From assembly GCA_023515725.1 (NCBI GenBank), contig JALDTO010000200.1:1-64000 (forward strand): DNA of 64,000 nt, given 5' to 3'. The notes beneath the pieces were generated by a model. That model saw only the letters and a list, made by a program, of their open reading frames with translations, did not search any database and was not told the origin of the DNA. Positions 1 to 12,794 of this stretch are shown one piece after another; within the stretch, counting starts at the first letter, position 1; each line of letters opens with the position of its first letter. Position numbers and translations under genes: made by a program. This DNA is from Amoeboaphelidium protococcarum X5 (lineage: Eukaryota > Fungi > Aphelidiomycota).

Positions 1-939
1 GCTTGCTGCTTTTAAAACTGCACACTCAAGGCAACTGCTCAATGTGATGAAATGAATGATGATTGCTGCAGAAATTTCACTATCATTCCATAGAGTGAGA
101 ATAAAATCTGCCGTGAATCCACTGGTGAATGTGATATCACAGAGTTTTGTAGTGGAGGTGCGTCATGCCCGTCAGATACTTATATATAAGATGGAACTAC
201 ATGTTCAAATGCAACTGGATTTAGTCTTTCTCAGTAATAGTCATACGATTTTGGTTCATTGGGATGTACTACAGGCATCTGCTCCAACAGAAAATCCCAG
301 TGCGTCCTTTTTGGTGGATCATCTATCACTGGCGAGTGCTTGAAATTCTCTGGCTAATGTGTTATGTACTGTGATGATGTGATTAGTTCTTGCATCAAGA
401 TTGCCAACTCCTTCCGCGAAGGTACACCTTGTGGTGATAACGGTGTATGTCAAGATGGTGTATGCAGCAATCCTGATTTCATTGGTAGAATTTTACAATG
501 GTACTTTGCCAATCAGAACGTGGCTATTGTCTTGCTAGCCATTGTTGTTATTGTTTTTATGGTGTTATTCGCTCAGTGTATGCGTAAAATCAAGGCTGAC
601 AAAAGGATTGACATCATCCAGTAGGCTAGATTGTAAGAGGAAGAGTTGGCGAGATTGGAGAAGATTGAACGTGAACAAAGGCGTAACGCTAAATAGTCTC
701 GCGTCAAGCAGTCCACCACAATGAATGATAACGATCGCAGAGTGTCAAAGGACGCGCAAATCGAGAAGAGCAATCGCTACTCTGCTCAATCTCAGCACTC
801 TCAATAGGCAGCATAGTTAAAGAGCCCTGGTGGGGCAAGTAATGACAGCAGAAGGCCAAGCGTTATCACTACAGGATAAGCTTCTGGCAAGAGTTTCGCG
901 CCATCCAGAAGAATTTCTGAAAATGATGATCAAGCTTGA
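1..939 (+). CDS. ADAM-family metalloprotease, 3' part (disintegrin, Cys-rich, TM, cytoplasmic tail); 5'-truncated by window
   Basis: Frame 1 open with TAR=Gln: CC..CTLKATAQCDEMNDDCCRNF..CRESTGECDITEFCSGGASCPSD (disintegrin pattern), Cys-rich GTPCGDNGVCQDGVC, TM NVAIVLLAIVVIVFMVLF; TGA at 937-939. Confidence 0.85.
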
Positions 940-1002
940 ATGAATGAATAAAAAAGTGTGAGTTAAGTTTAAACTAATCGTAATGCATATTAATAAGCAA
1001 TT

Positions 1003-1985
1003 TCAAATCTTGAATGATAACGTGAGCGATAAAGGACAATGATCACTGATGCCCCATAAATCATCCCGAATGACACACTTTGAGATCTCAGCCTGTCCCC
1101 CATTGATCAGAGTCCGCCCATCTTCAGCAGTGGACACTTGACTGATAGGAACGAGAAAGTAATCCAACCTCCAACCGATATTCTTTGCTTTCGCATTAAA
1201 TCTGTACGAATAATAAGAGTAAGACTTTTCTTCAGGATGCATCCATCTCCAGACATCAAGCCATCTACCATTCTTGTCTTCAAGCATATCAGTGAGACCA
1301 ATCACACCACGAAAGGAATCAATCTCCTACTGAGTATAGCCTGGAGTTTTATTCAAATTCTCCTTGGGACGAGCGAGGTCAATCTCTTGCATACAAACAT
1401 TCAAATCGCCAGCACATACAATAGCTTTATCCTGGTAAGTAGATATGACATAATCAAGATGCCTTCTGAAAGCGGGAAGCCACTCATTACACTTCCAATC
1501 GATGCGTTCAGCTTTTGCGACGCGTTTGGAACGTACGCGTTAACGATGACGAAACTCTCAAACACGGCAGTGAGAACGCGCGCTTCATTGTCAATTAATT
1601 TTGCTGGCTGGGGATCTGTCTTATCGTCTGTCGGCGGAACATGAAATCCTTCAATAACAGTCAATGGCTGCAATTTGGACCATATCGCTGTTCCCGAGTA
1701 TCCCTTCTTATCAGCCATGGAATGGTAGTATTGATGTTGATATATGGTATTGACGCGCTACTTGATATCTGCACCAGCCTTGCCACAAGCCGCCTCCAAA
1801 GACGTGCATTTTGTCTCTTGTAAACACATAATGTCTGGCATCTCCTGATCAACCACCTTTTCCAACAAGCCTTTCGCCAATGAACTCTTCAAAGATCCAA
1901 CATTGAAGCAAATAATCTTGACATCTTTCAGCTTTGACTATACCGCATCCACAATTGTTTCCAATTTTCGCTTATTAACAGTCAT
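1003..1985 (-). CDS. Exonuclease III/APE1-family AP endonuclease, with a 1-nt frameshift near 1505-1515
   Basis: Motifs PDIMCLQETK, KKGYSGTAIWSK, NAYVPNAS, CAGDLN, GWRLDYFLV, SDHCP. N- and C-terminal halves lie in different frames; span is 983 nt (not 3n). Confidence 0.9.
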
Positions 1986-2238
1986 TATTATGATCGATAA
2001 TCTTTTTGTGAAATATATGACAACGCGATGGACTGTCCACTAAAATTCACCTTCTCGAGTCTAAAGAGCCGAAACCAAGAGATACTCACCGGTCGCCGAA
2101 ATTTATTGACGCGCGTCGTTCTTTCCGTTCTGTTTTGGACTAGCATGTGCTCCTCCTCTCTTGCGACCTTTCCTTGTTTGGCTTTGGCTTAGTCGTCGTC
2201 TATTGCTGTTTAGAGGGTGGTGAGCTGTGAATGAAATT

Positions 2239-4518
2239 ATGACTGGATCCCCAGTGGCGTTTGTATCTAATAATGAGGCTGTGGCTATTAGTTAAGAGGT
2301 TGTTAGTCGTCTGAAGGTCGCATCTCTAAATTCCAACTCGTCGATGGATTAACTGCTAATTGAGAGAGCCAATGCTGGTTATTGTTTAAATCCTCACAGT
2401 AATATTGAAATTCTTTAATCTCGTGGTGGGCAGAGTGGTGGCTTAGTGTAAGTTTGGAATTGGATCAGGAATTGTCAATAGCTTGCTGTGTAATAGAAAT
2501 GCTAATTTGGATCTGGCATTATAGCCGTGTTGCCGTCACCTCTTTATCATATATCTTAGTCTCCGAAGCGTTAATAATAATAATAATTCAATGAGGAGTC
2601 TTTATAATAAAAGAAGAAGCATAATAGATCAAGTGGCGGTAATTTTAATGCAACTGAATCTTCCTCTGCTGGTAATAATAATAAGAAGTCTCAGCAGTAA
2701 TCTTCATAACATCAGCGATAGCACAGAGCATCCACTGCTGCAATGGCTTATACAGCTCAGATTAACAGTCAGCTGTCTTTTACGTAGATTACAAACTCTG
2801 CTATGCCAGACTCTATCATTATACCGTCGCAGTCTATATAAAGTTATCAGCAATCGTAATAATAGTAAAAATAGTAGTAGCAACATAGAATTCAAGGCCT
2901 GGGAATTACTGGTGGTAGTGAACAATAGTAGCATTAGTTAATAGAAGATCACAATTAGATTGTAGTTGTTGATGGTGATGGAGATAGTAGTAGAGCTGAT
3001 AGAGAACTAGCTTTATAACTTATAGGTTGGGATTATGGATTAGATGCGATAAATTAGATTAACCAAATGACTGCAAAAGGTTCTTAGGACTCTTGTCTTT
3101 AAGCTGCAGCTATTTGTTTTATCAATGGAGATATACCAGCTGCAATAGATTGTGTCAAAGCGATTAATGGTGAAAGTGGGGATTAAACAGCTATTCTCAT
3201 TGCATTCAGTGGTATTCAGTAGATGTAATTATTCTATTAGAATAATAATCATAAAGCTGGAGCTAGTTATTATCAGCATTAAGTCAAGGTTTTAGATTTA
3301 TTACGGAAATTGTCGGATTAATTATCATAGAAATGGATAAGATTCATATTGGAGCTGGTGGTTAATAATGGCGACTTGTTAAAAGTTTTGCTTAGTGTGG
3401 ATTTTAACAATAGTAGTTAGAGTGGATTGAGTATGACTGAAGTTTTACAGATTGGATTGATGGCACTTAACGATTCACAACTTGGTCTCTTGCTATAACA
3501 TTGTGTAGAAGTTTCTAAAGCTCATGGTCTAGCTGAAGGCCTTCTTGTGACTGGACTTGTCATAAGAGACGGTGTGGAGATTATTTAAAAGTTTCTTACT
3601 CAATCAGATGATTTGCAAAGTGCAGCTCTGTTACTGTCATTGTTTAATGAAGACACTTTCAGTGCTCGAGATTAAGGGACAGCAGAAGATGTTTAGATGG
3701 GGCTCCAGTTTCTATAGGAATGTATACAGAACTATCAACAGTTTTTGAATAGACTTGAAATGTTTAATCAAAGGTGCCGATTTGATCTTGAAAGGAAGCG
3801 ATAATACCGGCGATGGAGTCCTAATGGTGGCGGTTCAGATTCAACTCAATTACAATATGGCAAGAGTCCTGGTGCATTGTCGGTAGGGAATAAAGCTTCA
3901 CCTGAGATGACGGTGGAGAAGTAGGTGTAGGCGGCGTTTGAACGTTTAAATTCCATTTAGCCTTAGCTCTATTTGAAATGTCACTACTGTAACTAAAGCA
4001 TTACCTAAGAGTCGATTTTCGTACCCGGTATTGGTGTGGTGGGAAATAAAGAGCGAAGTGCTGCGACATCATTCTCAGGTGCAAATCTACCGCTGCATAA
4101 AAGCTTTAATGCTGTCGTAAATACTGGTGCGATGAGTCGTTTGTCATCTGCAGGTGTAGGCGGTGGCAGTGGAAGCGATTCTTTGTCTAATAGCTCACCT
4201 TGGTCGTTCTAGTATCAATAGCATAATATCAGCGGTCATCCTAATTTGAAGCCTAATGCTTGTCCCAACTGCAGAAAGTCTCTTCCGAAGTGTTCCATTT
4301 GTCTTCTACCAATGGGCCTGCCCTTAGATACGGTGCTCTCTGCAGAAGACGGTGTATCTGATGATCCGGTGCGATACTGGTTCTCATGGTGTCCCAAGTG
4401 TCGCCATGGTGGACATGCAGTTCATCTATCCCAATGGTTCAAGTAACATTCGGTATGCCCTGTAGGCGATTGTTAATGTCAATGTTTCATCGTTGGTAGA
4501 CAAGTTGAACCCTAATGA
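2239..4518 (+). CDS. SEA4: GATOR2/SEACAT subunit Sea4/MIOS-like protein (solenoid plus C-terminal Zn-finger/RING)
   Basis: C-terminal CPNCRKSLPKCSICLLPMG...[36 protein letters not shown]; N-terminal ERANAGY..LVQVWNWI segment; start and end in frame 1 with TAR=Gln. Confidence 0.8.
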
Positions 4519-4659
4519 TTGTCGATTGATCAGTATCATATTCTGTAATAAGTTATAAATAGACATTGATTTATAAACCCACCAACCATTCTTCTTTATC
4601 ATGTCAAGTATTCTCTAATCTATCACAATCAAATATCGTGGCCAGTTAATATAAAGGGA

Positions 4660-6285
4660 ATGAAGATTGATGTCAAGTCTATTGCCTGGTTGTTGTTGCT
4701 GTAACTGATTATCGTGCTGGAAGCCTAAAAGTATAGCTGTCCATCGGTAGAGACTGAAGTGGGTGATGGTGATTCTGCGGCTGATTGGAAAGTGAACTAA
4801 ATCACATAATTAGATTTGGTATTTATAGTCGATCTTGCCGGTGCTAGTGGTGAAAAGTATTTTAATTAAATCAAGTCTCATCTGCTATGGATGGCCAGAT
4901 TGCTTCTAAATCGCTAGTACAACGCTATTGACGCGCGTGTGGCGTTGGTGACAATTGGTGGAATGAATACGCTGAGGCTTGCATTTAGTTCATCATTGGA
5001 AGATGTCATATCAGTGTTGAATGTGCTTAGATTATAGCCGGTATTTCAAGAAAGTTCTCTGGAAAGTCTTCGTCAAGTATTATCCGTACATGAAGATGTC
5101 TTGCAGCAGAGTCTGGTCAAAAATTGTCCACTACATTAAGGTTCGGCCTGTTAGTTGCAGTGGCGCGCAGATGCCAAGAAGAAGGTGATTCTATTCACAT
5201 ATGGCGACTCTGATCTCCCTGGATGTGAGCAAAATATGTATCCTCGGTAGAAAGATGTCTCTTTCTGTGCCATCGCCAAGTAGAACGATCACTGCAAGGA
5301 CGGCTTTGCAATAGAGCCTGCGTTTATTCCATCTAGTCCGTACCAGTTGAAAAGATAAACCGGCGAGTAGATTATATACAGATAATGGGTGAGACTTGAC
5401 AATGTTGAGAAGTTTGCTCTGGTTAATGCATTCCAGGCCGAGCTTAATGGAACTGTGTAGATAGTGGTGCAGAGTAAGGCCCGATTGTTGATATTTGGAC
5501 GGTCAGATTTGACGCGTGACGATTCGTCATTTCTGGATGGTCCTGTTAGTTCTCTGGATTCCAAGAACCCATTATGGGTAGAGTAGAATTAATCGGCGGG
5601 TATGAATAAACGACCGGCTGACCCAAGAACAGTGGCCGCATTGTAGTTTGGTGAGCCTGCGTAGAATGTTTACTTCAACAAGTCTTACTGGATTGGATTT
5701 GATGTTGAGCAGACTGTGAAGAACTTGAATAGTTAAGGACTTGAGTTGTCACTTTAAAGCCAAGTACTCAAACACAATTTGGAATAGAATTAGGCGGGGC
5801 AGTTTCGATTGTTTGATATAAAGCTAATGTAATCATCTCAGGAAGCCAAATCGTGGCTATTTAGGTTGATTATAAATGATACTCTCCATGAGCTGACTGG
5901 ATGCGCAATCATACCTCCAAACTTTCTAATACCTGGTGTTGAGTCTAAGCCCACTCCTACGCCAACTCCTGGCGATAATGATGTCAGCAAGGATGACGAT
6001 CGAAATAAGTTTGTGGGGGGAATTGTTGGTGGAGTCATTGCTGGATGTGCAGCGATTTCAGCAGGTATTGCAATAGCACGTCGTAGAGCTACCGTCAGAC
6101 CCGAGAGTATGGTATTTGAAATGAATGGAAACATGGCTCCCGTGTAGGACAATCCCCTGTATGCCAACTAAAATCGTGTTTATCACAATGAACTTTATCA
6201 GGGTGGCGGGGCAGCTTCAAACTCTGATCTGCCATCATTGCGTAATGCTGGAGGCAGTCGCGAAAACTTACTTTTGAATGCTTGA
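4660..6285 (+). CDS. Type-I membrane protein: signal peptide, VWA-like domain, Gly-rich TM, integrin-beta/SibA-like dual NPxY tail
   Basis: MKIDVKSIAWLLLLQLIIVLEA signal; LDLVFIVD..ARVALVT..WRADAKKKVILFT VWA-like strands; PTPTPTP linker; TM FVGGIVGGVIAGCAAISAGIAIA; tail DNPLYANQNRVYHNELY. Confidence 0.75.
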
Positions 6286-6453
6286 TCTGATTTCTTTAAC
6301 AGGATTTGATGTTTGAATGATTTAGAATGATGTTGATTTAAAATACACAGGTTTTAGTAAGTCTGCTATGTAAAAGAAGATCCTCTGACAATGAAGCGAA
6401 TTGAAGCAAAGTAAAATTAAATGTTATGAGAGAGCGAATTGCTAATCAAATCA

Positions 6454-8307
6454 TCACAATATGTACGTCCATCTCTTCTCCGATAGTCCCTTTGCAGAAT
6501 CTTCCAGTACAACCTCTCTCCGTCTGCTACAATACTCAGTCTTGTCTACAATTTATTTTCTCAATTCAGCAAGACGATCACTTATGGTGGACTCGTCACC
6601 ACTAACCTAGATAGTATTGTTATTACCATTCGACTAACTACTTGTTGACTACGTAGATGAAGACTATACAGAACCAGGCAGAGGAAGCGGCTTCTCAATC
6701 AACTCATTCAAAGTCTCAACAGCCACCTCCAAGTCACGCTAATTATCTTCAAACAGATGAGCGGCATTGTTACGCGTTAGATAGAAAGCAAATGCATAAG
6801 TCCATTTCAAGGTTTATCTGCACTAGATAAGAACATCCAAAGCCTTCTTCATAAACTGCACATCAATCCATGAGAAATCAGATTTAAGCTGCATTTCCTC
6901 CATCTTGCGCTCAGTCTTGCGATAAAACTCTGTAGCCAACTTGCTACTCTGCGCATGATTAGCAAATCGATTAAAATAATGAAGATATCGCTCCAACTAC
7001 GCTCTGCTCTCACTCTATTTATCTCGAGCTTCCACCGACGCCTTCTCATCAAATCGATTACAATTATAAAAATTCTGCCCATGCTCAGCCCAAGGACCCA
7101 TACATACCCAGCAATACTCATATTTGCACGTCTTACAAGTCATATGATTACAACCACCATTCTTCTCAATCGTAGCATGACACTTGGGACACTCTTTTGT
7201 ATTAGCAGATAGCCAATTGGAAGTCTCAGAGTCATCCTGACACTTCTTCATCCACTTTTTCATAAAACTACATACAAGAGGCTAGTGGTTCTCACCGCTG
7301 CAATTGAAACAGAATTCATGATGAAGTGGACACTCAACAGCTGGCGGCATTTAATCTGCGGTAAGATGATGGCTACACTTCACAATGCCTTCACAATCAG
7401 GCTACGGGCACCATTTCAAATGCATAGAAGAGTCAACATAATTCTTCAACAGCAATTTCTGATACTGATGATAAGAATCCTTGTCAACAATGTGCTGTAT
7501 AGAATCGGGGTCGATTCGGAGTTTACAATCAGCTGGACATGTGATAGTGTTCAATTCATTATCACGAATTTTGCCCTCGACATAGAATCGATAATCTTCT
7601 TCACAAAACTAATGACCACAACTAGACAAGGATATAATCGACAAACCATCCAACTCTGACATAGATCTACAGCAAATCTCACACATGAAATCCTAATCCA
7701 ATTCAGCACAATTATTACTGATTCGCTACTTCTTACTACTTCCTATGGGAGAAGATGCAGCGGACCTGGAGCTAGACGTGATACAAAGTTGATTCTTGGC
7801 CGAGAGATTCATATTCTTCAATCCACACTATGCGATAACCTGCTCAGAATCTTCAACCCATCGCTCCAGCAGCTTCTCCTTATTCCAATTATAAATCTGC
7901 AACAATAGAGCACCGATCGATAAACTCGTACCACACAGCTCTGATACTTGAGAAATGTCCCGCTTCATTTAAGATTCCAGCTCATTAACTGTCAATGTAG
8001 AATATTCCACTTGATACACTTTAGGCCGATTAATCATGTCAGATATACCTTCATCTTCCAAAGGATCATAATCACCACCACTAAACTAGGAATCGAATCC
8101 ATACTCTGCATCATCTTCATCTTCATCATCATCATCATCATCATCGCCATAATCTTCAACATCATAATCCTCTTCTTCAATGTCTGAAGATGGATAATCG
8201 CCCATCTCCAGGTCAGCATTCGCATCATCATTATCAGTGTCTGTCATGACCACACTATCCTCAGCATCATCCATCATTTACTAAAACTCATTGGCATTCT
8301 TGAGCAT
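6454..8307 (-). CDS. Ariadne-type RBR E3 ubiquitin ligase (ARIH1/Hel1-like)
   Basis: Acidic N-terminus, RING1/[37 protein letters not shown] (RING2), Ariadne domain [12 protein letters not shown]. Confidence 0.93.
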
Positions 8308-9242
8308 GCTTGCGTCTTGCTAGAGATTATTGAACAATTATTATTTTTTCTACTAATTCATTTCACTTATCAATCAGATTTATTATTAAATTGTATAATT
8401 ATATCAGTCAGTCAGTCAGAGTAAAAGAATGGAGTTTCTTCTGCAGTACAGTAGTGAGAATAAGAAATGACACCTCAAAACAGAGAGTGAACACAACGTT
8501 GTCGTGAACAGGCTCGCCTTTCCGTTTCTCAGAGAAGATCGATCACAGTAAAGCAGTTTTAAAGTGAGAGAAGCCGAGAATGGCAAGTCTGTTTTGTTCG
8601 TCGTCATGATTCGTCAGATTTGCCTTTTGATTGATTCTGATTGACTGGCACAGAGTAAGTACATTAGAGCGATTCTCTTGCGGCTTTTGATTTGATGGAT
8701 GTGTCGTTATCTAATAGTACTTCAATTGATTTTGCGTAAAAGTATTCTTTGTAGTTAATTGCTATATGAAATTCAGATGGGTTTGAAGGGCTTATAGCAA
8801 GAGATTAAATTTTAGAACGTTCCTAGGCATTGTCATGTGTATCACTAAATGCTGTTAGATGACGCGTCTTTTCTTATTCTGTCTCGAAGATTTTCCGTTA
8901 ATTGTTTCAACTTGATGTCAAATATTGTTTTGACTTTTTTAGTATTATTTTATCCATTTTGTTAGTTATTCAGCACTAAATTAAAGTGTATTTTGATTAG
9001 ACGACTAGACGACTCTTCTATGGTCTCCATTAGTGCATGTATTAATTCGAATGGAAATCAAGAAGTCTATTTTTAGCCTTGTTGTCGCGAAGCTAGTTAC
9101 GCATACATTGTTAGGAGCCGTGCTATACTAAATTGTATGACTTGCCTCTTTAGCCTTCTTCTCACATACTTTTGACCGTCTACCTCGTATAAGTGCCTTA
9201 CATTGATTAATAGTATCTTAAAAGTGACCGAGATTTGATAAT

Positions 9243-12200
9243 ATGAAAAAGATTGAAAAGATAATTACAACGTTGCTGGTTGCTATTCACGCTGTAAGCT
9301 GCTTAACTCTGAATAATATTGGCTCATTTGCGGATGCGTCTGTGGCTATTGATGACTCTACCGGTGATTTCTACGTGGCATCTGTTATTTAGACTAGCAA
9401 TGCTTTACTTAATGGCAATTACACGTTAATGCAAGAGGCTGAGACTAAAACCACGTATGGTATCAATGCTTCTTTCCTATAAGTCCTTAATAAAGCATAT
9501 GGAATAGGTGATGTTGGAGTGTCTAGGCTGAAGTTTGATGAAAAAAATCAGGTATATAATCAGGCACAAGCTCAGTACTTTGGTACTGCTTAGGATGATA
9601 CAAAGCCGTAAATCTATGCTTACCGTGGTGTTGTGTACCTGACGTATGAAACGTCAGGTACGTTGGTTTCTCCTGATTCCTAATGTTCTCTGATTCTTAC
9701 AAGAAGATTAGTGATACGAATCTTTAATTGGAACACCGGCGAACAGTCAACAAACTGCCTGCCGTTGGCGAAAGTAACTTATGTCGCCAATTGGGATCCT
9801 TTTTAGTCTATGCTCGGCATTCTGTTGTATGAAAAAGATCAAAATATGATCCACTATAAACTTTATGGGAATTATGGCTTAAACAGCTAGACCTCTCGCG
9901 TGCTTGACCCTTCTAGTAAATCAACGTTTGATGTTTCTAATTGGAGAATGGTTCAGAGCATTTCCCATGCAGGAGACTTGGTCGCCGTAATCGGCTCTTC
10001 GTTGGGGGATACTGTTGTCTACATGCCCTATTCTGAGAAAAGTCTTGTTAATAGCCCTGTGTTATTCACTAGCTTTGGAGACAACTCTAAAGTTGAATCA
10101 TTATCTTTTGATTTCGGTCGACAAGCTGTCGTTGTGGCCGGTTTAGTTAAAGATTAACGCAAGGTCTTGATGTAGAGTTACCTTAGTGGAGAGGCGACTG
10201 TTATCTGGCAGTAGTCCTATTTACCGATGTATGGATCCTCTGCCATAAACTTAATGTTATTGGATGGATCTAAGTGTCTTGCAGTGCAGTCATCCCTTAT
10301 TAACTAAATGTCATAAACGTCTCTATATAATGTAACCTTCTACTCAGATGTGTTCTTAGTTAACGAGGAGGTGTCACTGGTTACGCAAGGATAATTCTCA
10401 CAGTTTATGGGTAAATTGAACATGAACCGTAAGATGGCTGCAGTTGGGTATACGAATTCTGGTTCGCCGTATGCGTCCCTTAAAATATTTAAGGTGCCTG
10501 ATCCTGTTGTGATTAGCATCGAAACTACCTTGACTTAGTCCACTGATACTCTATCTATTACAAGAGATCCCACTAGCGATGTTGTTCTAATCGCAACATC
10601 TACTACTTCTAGCTTTATAGTTACTACGACAACGTCATTATATGGTGTTCCTGGTGTGTAAAGCTCTTTACTTAGTAGCCAGAGTAGCACCTTATTATCG
10701 ACGTTGGCTTCGTCTTACGTGGTAACTAGTACAATTAGTAATAGCACTACTGTAAGCACGCAAGTGTTTAGCTTTACCGGCTCAGTTAGTAGCTCTACCG
10801 CACAAACTGTGACATCGTTAGACTCAAGTCTTGGTAGTTCTAGCACCTTCATTGTACTTTCAACCGAATTACAGCCTACCTTAGTGTCAGCGTCTACTAT
10901 GGTATCCTCGACGCTTTCAACCTCCGCAGAGTAGAGTTCAGCTTCTACGGACATTGTGACATCGGCGTCTGAGTTGTCTTCAAGTGCAATGGTGGACTAA
11001 TCAGTCACGACACTGATCGTTTCTTAAACTGAGTGGAGTCAGTCCTCCATTGATGTCACGTCGTAGGTAGTATCGAACAACGTTAGCACAACCTCACTTG
11101 CAAGTACAAGCTCTACAAAATTGCAGTTGGCATCAAGTGCATAAGCTAGCGTGACTGCAGCGCCTAAGCCTTCTACCAACGATCATGGGTAGATCACTTT
11201 TGGCGTTGGATCTCACGTTTAGATCAGTTAAAGCATTAGTTTTGAGGCTACAGTAACTTCCACAAATAATATCGGAAATCTTGGATCGCAGAATGCTGCT
11301 GGCAATATGACGCCAATATATTATGCAGCAGGTGCAGCTGGAGCTGTTGTAGTTGGTATGGTTGGTGCAGCAGCTTTCTTCTAACGTCGTAAACGTGCTC
11401 GCGCTTACAAGAAGCGCGTCGGGGCGATGAACACTGGTAATTACATGTCCACAACTTACACCGCAACTCAGATGGCTGGAGCCACCATCCCTTTCAACAA
11501 CACTACTGCAAGACCAGTCGGTGGTACGACAATGTTTGGCGGAAATACTACCATAAGAACTGTGGTATCAGATCAGAAAGAAATGTCCATCCCTGGCTTT
11601 CTGTTGATGCAACCAAATCTTGATTTCATCACTGATAAGGTGCTAGGTGAAGGTGGCTTTGCTACGGTGTACGCTGGTTAGTTACTTACTCCCGATGCAA
11701 TGAAGAGAGCTGGATCCAACAAAGTTGCTGTCAAAGTTATTAAGCCTCAGCCTAATGCTACCACGGAGATGATTGATGAAGATTAGCAGGCGTTTATTCA
11801 AGAAGTGTCACTGCTCAATTTTTTCAGTAGCAATAAGCTCTTCGTTAAACTGGTGGGCTTCTCATAGAATCCAAACACGATTGTGATGAAGTTTTACGAG
11901 TATGGCAGCGTCGAGGATGTGCTAAATGGAAAGTCCAAGAGCGGTTAGTGGTCTTTTGATCTCATGATTCCTCTATTCTGCGACATTGTTGAAGGCTTGT
12001 CTGAGATGCACAAGAATGGATTTGTTCACTCTGACATAAAACCTGCCAATATAATGCTTGGCCGCGAGTCTGAGAATGAAAGATTTCATGCAGTGATTTC
12101 TGATTTTGGTATTACTCAGATAGTGTCTAACAAGGCCCTGCTGGTATCTGCTTTCCACGTTTCCAAGCTGCAAGGAGCATCGGTCAATTATGCGGCTCCT

Positions 12201-12533
12201 GAACTACTGAGGAAGTTGACAAATTAGAGCAATTTGCTGGGCGAGGAAGCTTCTGCGCTAAACAAACTCAAGTTGGATGTATACGCTGTCTCCATAATGG
12301 GCTATGAGATAGTGACTCGCACTCCTGCTTGGGCTCCAAGACGTGACACAGAGGTTATTGAGGCTGCTCTCAGTGGCATCCGTCCTCAGTTCCCTAACCA
12401 GTTTATGAGTTTGAGGCATCAAGATTTGAGGTTGACTATAGTGTGCTCTCTGATCGAACGTGGATGGTCTTCCCTACCTCAGGATAGACCCTCTATGATG
12501 GAAATGCAGCGTGAATTGATGAATTTACAATGA
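9243..12533 (+). CDS. Receptor-like TKL-type protein kinase 1 (signal peptide, beta-rich ectodomain, S/T stalk, TM, kinase)
   Basis: Track ORFs at 9900, 10704, 11427, 11964 and 12234 share one frame; LGEGGFATVY, VAVK, HSDIKPAN, DFG, YAAPE; TM YYAAGAAGAVVVGMVGAAAFF. Confidence 0.9.
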
Positions 12534-12794
12534 TGAATATGAGTGAATTAAGACTGAATATATAATAAATTCATGAAAAAGCAATCGAGTAGTAATTCAA
12601 ATTTAGTCAACTGAAGTGAGTTTCAAGGTAAATTGAATCAAAGACACGCAGCTGCAGAGCAACCAGAGCTATTTTTAGGTCCATCATGGCATCGAATAAC
12701 TTCAAGAGCAGTTTTATTCTATCTGGAAACATGAAAGATTTTGCTTTAATTCATTATATATTAGAATTTTGTAATGTCTTCCTTCGTATACAAT

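Noticed and set aside
1003-1985. APN2 as a MAT-locus synteny marker for the HMG gene
   Set aside because: The protein is a short APE1/ExoIII type without the APN2 C-terminal extension, and it lies 40 kb away.
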